Source: Octopus vulgaris (lineage: Eukaryota). From it: a stretch of DNA of 64,000 nt. Position 1 is the stretch's first letter. Each line of letters begins with the position of its first letter. Below, piece by piece: positions 59,441 to 64,000 of this stretch. The position numbers and the translations under genes are program-made. The DNA lies in assembly GCA_951406725.2 (NCBI GenBank), contig OX597842.1, positions 33,046,001-33,110,000 of the forward strand. The letters are read 5' to 3'. Below the pieces are notes generated by a model. It searched no databases and was not told the DNA's origin. It was given only the letters and a program-made list of their open reading frames with translations.

Positions 59441-59558
59441 TAAATGCAGTTTAATCAGGATAAACGCATTTAAAAGTAGCCACGATAAAGTAATTTTTTT
59501 TCAAATCCGCAATCGATGATCTCACGGCCGGTATACGCAACAAGTGTAGCGATTTAAC
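59441..59558. other. Non-repetitive element, copy 1 of a diverged pair
   Basis: 35/44 identity to 61616-61659, plus a second block tacgcaac...gatttaac at similar spacing. Confidence 0.7.
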
Positions 59559-59659
59559 AGCGTATATATACATAATGCGTAAATATATATACATATATAT
59601 GCATATATATGTTCGTGTATGTGTATGTAGATTTATATATATATATATATATATATATT

Positions 59660-59697
<38 letters not shown>

Positions 59698-59744
59698 AAT
59701 ATATGCATATTTGTGTATGTGTATGTAGATATATATATATCTAC

Positions 59745-60143
59745 AGCAGGAGTGGCTGTGTGGTAAGTAGCTTGCTAACCAACCACATGGTTTCGGGTTC
59801 AGTCCCACTGCATGGCATCTTGGGCTAGTGTCTTCTGCTATAGCCCGGGCCGACCAATGCCTTGTGAGTGGATTTGGTAGACGGAAACTGAAAGAAGCCC
59901 GTCGTATATATGTATATATATATATATATGTTTGCGTGTTTGTTTGTGTGTCTGTGTTTGTCCCCCTAGCATTGCTTGACAGCCGATGTTGGTGTGTTTA
60001 CGTCCCCGTCACTTAGCGGTTCGGCAAAAGAGACCGATGGAATAAGCATTGGGCTTACAAAGAATAAGTCCCGGTGTCGAGTTGCTCGACTAAAGGCGGT
60101 GCTCCAGCATGGCCACAGTCAAATGACTGAAACAAGTAAAAGA

Positions 60144-60145
<2 letters not shown>
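59745..60145 (+). mobile_element. SINE family A, young full-length copy
   Basis: Head, microsatellite and tail. Confidence 0.93.
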
Positions 60146-60201
<56 letters not shown>

Positions 60202-60254
60202 GTGCATGCATATGTTTCTGTTTCTGTTTGTGTGAATGGTTTTTATATTCTTTT

Positions 60255-60470
60255 CTGCTCTATATACAAGGCCTAAAATTTTGGGAGAGTTGGGGCGGAA
60301 GCAGTCGATTAGATCGACCCCAGTACGCAACAAGTATTTAATTTATCGACCCCGAAAGGATGAAAAGCAAAGTCGACCCCAGCAGAATTTGAACTCAGAA
60401 ATTAACGACAGACGATATCCCGCTAAGCATTTTCAACCGGAGTGCTAACGATCCCCCAGCTCGCAGCCTT
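60255..60470 (-). mobile_element. SINE family D
   Basis: Homology to 13228-13440. Confidence 0.82.
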
Positions 60471-60708
60471 AATGATTTGTATATTAATGCTTGTACGCAA
60501 AAGACCCAATGGCGGTGATGAACCCGAAATTTCTAAGTCGCTATTTTCGGTTTATAAAAAGTCATAAACATCGAATATTTAATAAATCTGCAGCTAAATG
60601 CAAAATTCTTTATCTCTGTCTGTAGCTATATGTTTGCCTGTCTATCTTTTATTAGTCTAACTTTTCTTATAATCATCAGTCTAATTTCTGATCTATCTAT
60701 CTCTCTAA

Positions 60709-60858
<150 letters not shown>

Positions 60859-60934
60859 GTATGTATTTATATTTATTTATCTCTATCTACCTGTCTATCT
60901 GTCTGTCTGTCTGCCTGTCTAACTATCTATCTTT

Positions 60935-60972
<38 letters not shown>

Positions 60973-61615
60973 ATCTATCTACCTATCAAACTATCTTTCT
61001 GTTTGTCTGTTTGTGTGTATGTCTGTCTTTCTGCATGTATGTATGCATGCATGTATGTATGCAGGCATGCATGTATGTATATGTGACTGTGTGTCTGTGT
61101 CTGATATACATATATAAGTACGTACGTACATGAATTCAGAAAAATACAATATATACTTACATATCTACATATATACATTTACATAATTATACACATACAC
61201 ACATATGCACACTTATATAATATACATACACACATACACATACACACATACACACATACACACATACATACACACACACATACATACATACACACATACA
61301 TACATACATACATACATACATACATACATACACACATACATACATACATACACACATACATACATACATATATACATACATACATACATACATACACACA
61401 TACATACATACATACATACATACATACATACATACATACATACATACATACATACATACATACATACATACGGATTCAGCTCTGCCTGTCTCTCTTCGCT
61501 CCCAAAAGCAGTCCAAATGCAGTCAATCATGCATGGACACTGATCCGATCGACAGATTTTAAAACACTTACTGACGATGCACCGCACCATTGAGCAATTG
61601 CAGATCCCCATCTAC

Positions 61616-61736
61616 TAAACGCAGTTTAATAAGGATAAGTCTATTTAAAAACTGGCCACAAGGAACTACCAGAAATCTCTGAAATGCACGTCCACCATTC
61701 CCCGTTCGTCTGGGTACGCAACTGCAGTGATTTAAC
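61616..61736. other. Non-repetitive element, copy 2 of a diverged pair
   Basis: Same two shared blocks as 59441-59558. Confidence 0.7.
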
Positions 61737-61789
61737 GGATAGCTCTAATCGTCTTCATCCTTTCGCCTATTATCGTTGTTTTTGTGGTA

Positions 61790-62468
<679 letters not shown>

Positions 62469-62469
62469 A

Positions 62470-62626
62470 GTAGTTTTATTTTTATAGCGTGCTTTCACTT
62501 CACTACCGAGCGCAGCTCTGTGTGCCTTGGGTATGTGCTGTGATTTGTTGTGATGCTCTGATGGTTATTGTATGGAAAGTGTTCTGCGTAGGATGTGTGC
62601 AGTGCCTAGTAGTGCAATTTTCTGTA

Positions 62627-62631
<5 letters not shown>
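62470..62631 (-). mobile_element. R4/Dong-clade LINE extreme 3' fragment
   Basis: Minus strand NIQKIALLGTAHILRRTLSIQ* parallels LQNTALLRTARILWKVL at 13.0 kb. A 3' UTR then (AAT)n follow. Confidence 0.8.
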
Positions 62632-62723
<92 letters not shown>

Positions 62724-62791
62724 TCATGTTTGATTTTTGCTTTACATGTGTACAAGCTGGCTCCAAGTCTCACCCAGAGACCTCAAGAGAC

Positions 62792-62823
<32 letters not shown>

Positions 62824-62949
62824 ATCATCTTTATCATCATCATCATCAACATCATTGTTGTTGTTGTTGTCGTTGTTATTATTATTACTATTGTTATTAT
62901 CATTATTATTGTTATTATTATTATTATAATAATAATAATAATAATAATA

Positions 62950-62996
<47 letters not shown>

Positions 62997-63003
62997 TATT
63001 ATT

Positions 63004-63560
63004 GAGTCAGAGAGCAGTGCATGCCATCAAAGTGACACTAGGGTAAAATATACGAAGCCCAGTATACCCATCATGACTACCCGTCTGATAAGGGTACACC
63101 AGGCACATGCATCACAACCATATGTGCGCGACATGGTGATCTCATATCAAAATAAACAGCACATGACCTTGCAGGTGGGGCCCAGTTAGAATTTTCTTCA
63201 GGTCGTGTAACCCATCCCAATCGAAAGGTCCCTGAATAAGGGTTGTTTAAGGATGTTGAAAGAACCCACCCATGTTTCCAGAGGTGAATTATTCACACCC
63301 CAAAGAATCCCTCTCAACACATGGCTATGATGCTCCCCCACTACTTCTGCTCGTGATCAGAGATGCACATATCGTCAGCCACCAAGGGACATGCTCAACT
63401 GGTTAAGGTCAAACAACTGACAAGCAAATCTGTGGTATTGAGCAGAATATTTGCTGTAAAACCCATCTTTTATACCAAGACAAAACAATGTACATGATAA
63501 CACTTTCAATTGGTTAAGATCAGAAGCCATGAGAGCCACTGCCTGGTACTGCTTCAGGGC

Positions 63561-63565
<5 letters not shown>
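63004..63565 (-). mobile_element. Non-coding (AAT)n-embedded interspersed element, longer copy
   Basis: Homologous to 41413-41888 with ~85 extra bases at the presumed 5' end. Flanked by (ATT)n. Confidence 0.85.
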
Positions 63566-63644
<79 letters not shown>

Positions 63645-63647
63645 TAC

Positions 63648-63702
<55 letters not shown>

Positions 63703-63742
63703 AATATTATTATTATTATCATTATTATTATTATTATTATCC

Positions 63743-63773
<31 letters not shown>

Positions 63774-63775
63774 CC

Positions 63776-63819
<44 letters not shown>

Positions 63820-64000
63820 AATATTATAATATTATTATTATTATCATTATTATTATTATTATTATCCTTATTATTATTATCCTTATTATTATTATTATTA
63901 TTATCATTATTATTATTATTATTATCCTTATTATTATTATTATTATTATTATTATCATTATTATTATTATTATTATTATCATTATTATTATTATTATTGT
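63565..64000. repeat. (ATT)n microsatellite
   Basis: Seen directly in the sequence. Confidence 0.95.

Overview
This is AT-rich eukaryotic, apparently non-genic (intergenic or large-intron) DNA dominated by microsatellites: (TA)n, (CA)n, (TATG)n, (TATC)n, (AAT)n, (CAT)n, (CAC)n, (GAA)n. Almost every ORF in the supplied track is a translation of these repeats and is not a gene. The repeat make-up resembles an octopus (coleoid cephalopod) genome; this is an inference. It includes about 20 copies or fragments of one bipartite tRNA-derived SINE, at least three other tRNA-head SINE families, fragments of RTE, CR1 and R4/Dong LINEs, and non-autonomous Helitrons. No host protein-coding gene can be supported. 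Three things stand out beyond the catalogue. (1) About a dozen type I hammerhead-ribozyme motifs (CUGAnGA...GAAA...NUH, several with complete stems) from several unrelated sequence families sit between (TA)n tracts. They include a same-strand cluster at 26.7-27.9 kb and a perfect 86-bp palindrome at 35.6 kb carrying a hammerhead on each strand. (2) Short CpG-containing unique islands repeatedly combine CTCF-like, YY1/Pho, TCACGTGA E-box and ETS motifs. (3) A diverged pair of homologous non-repetitive elements lies at 59.4 and 61.6 kb. All coordinates were read by eye and may be off by a few bases.
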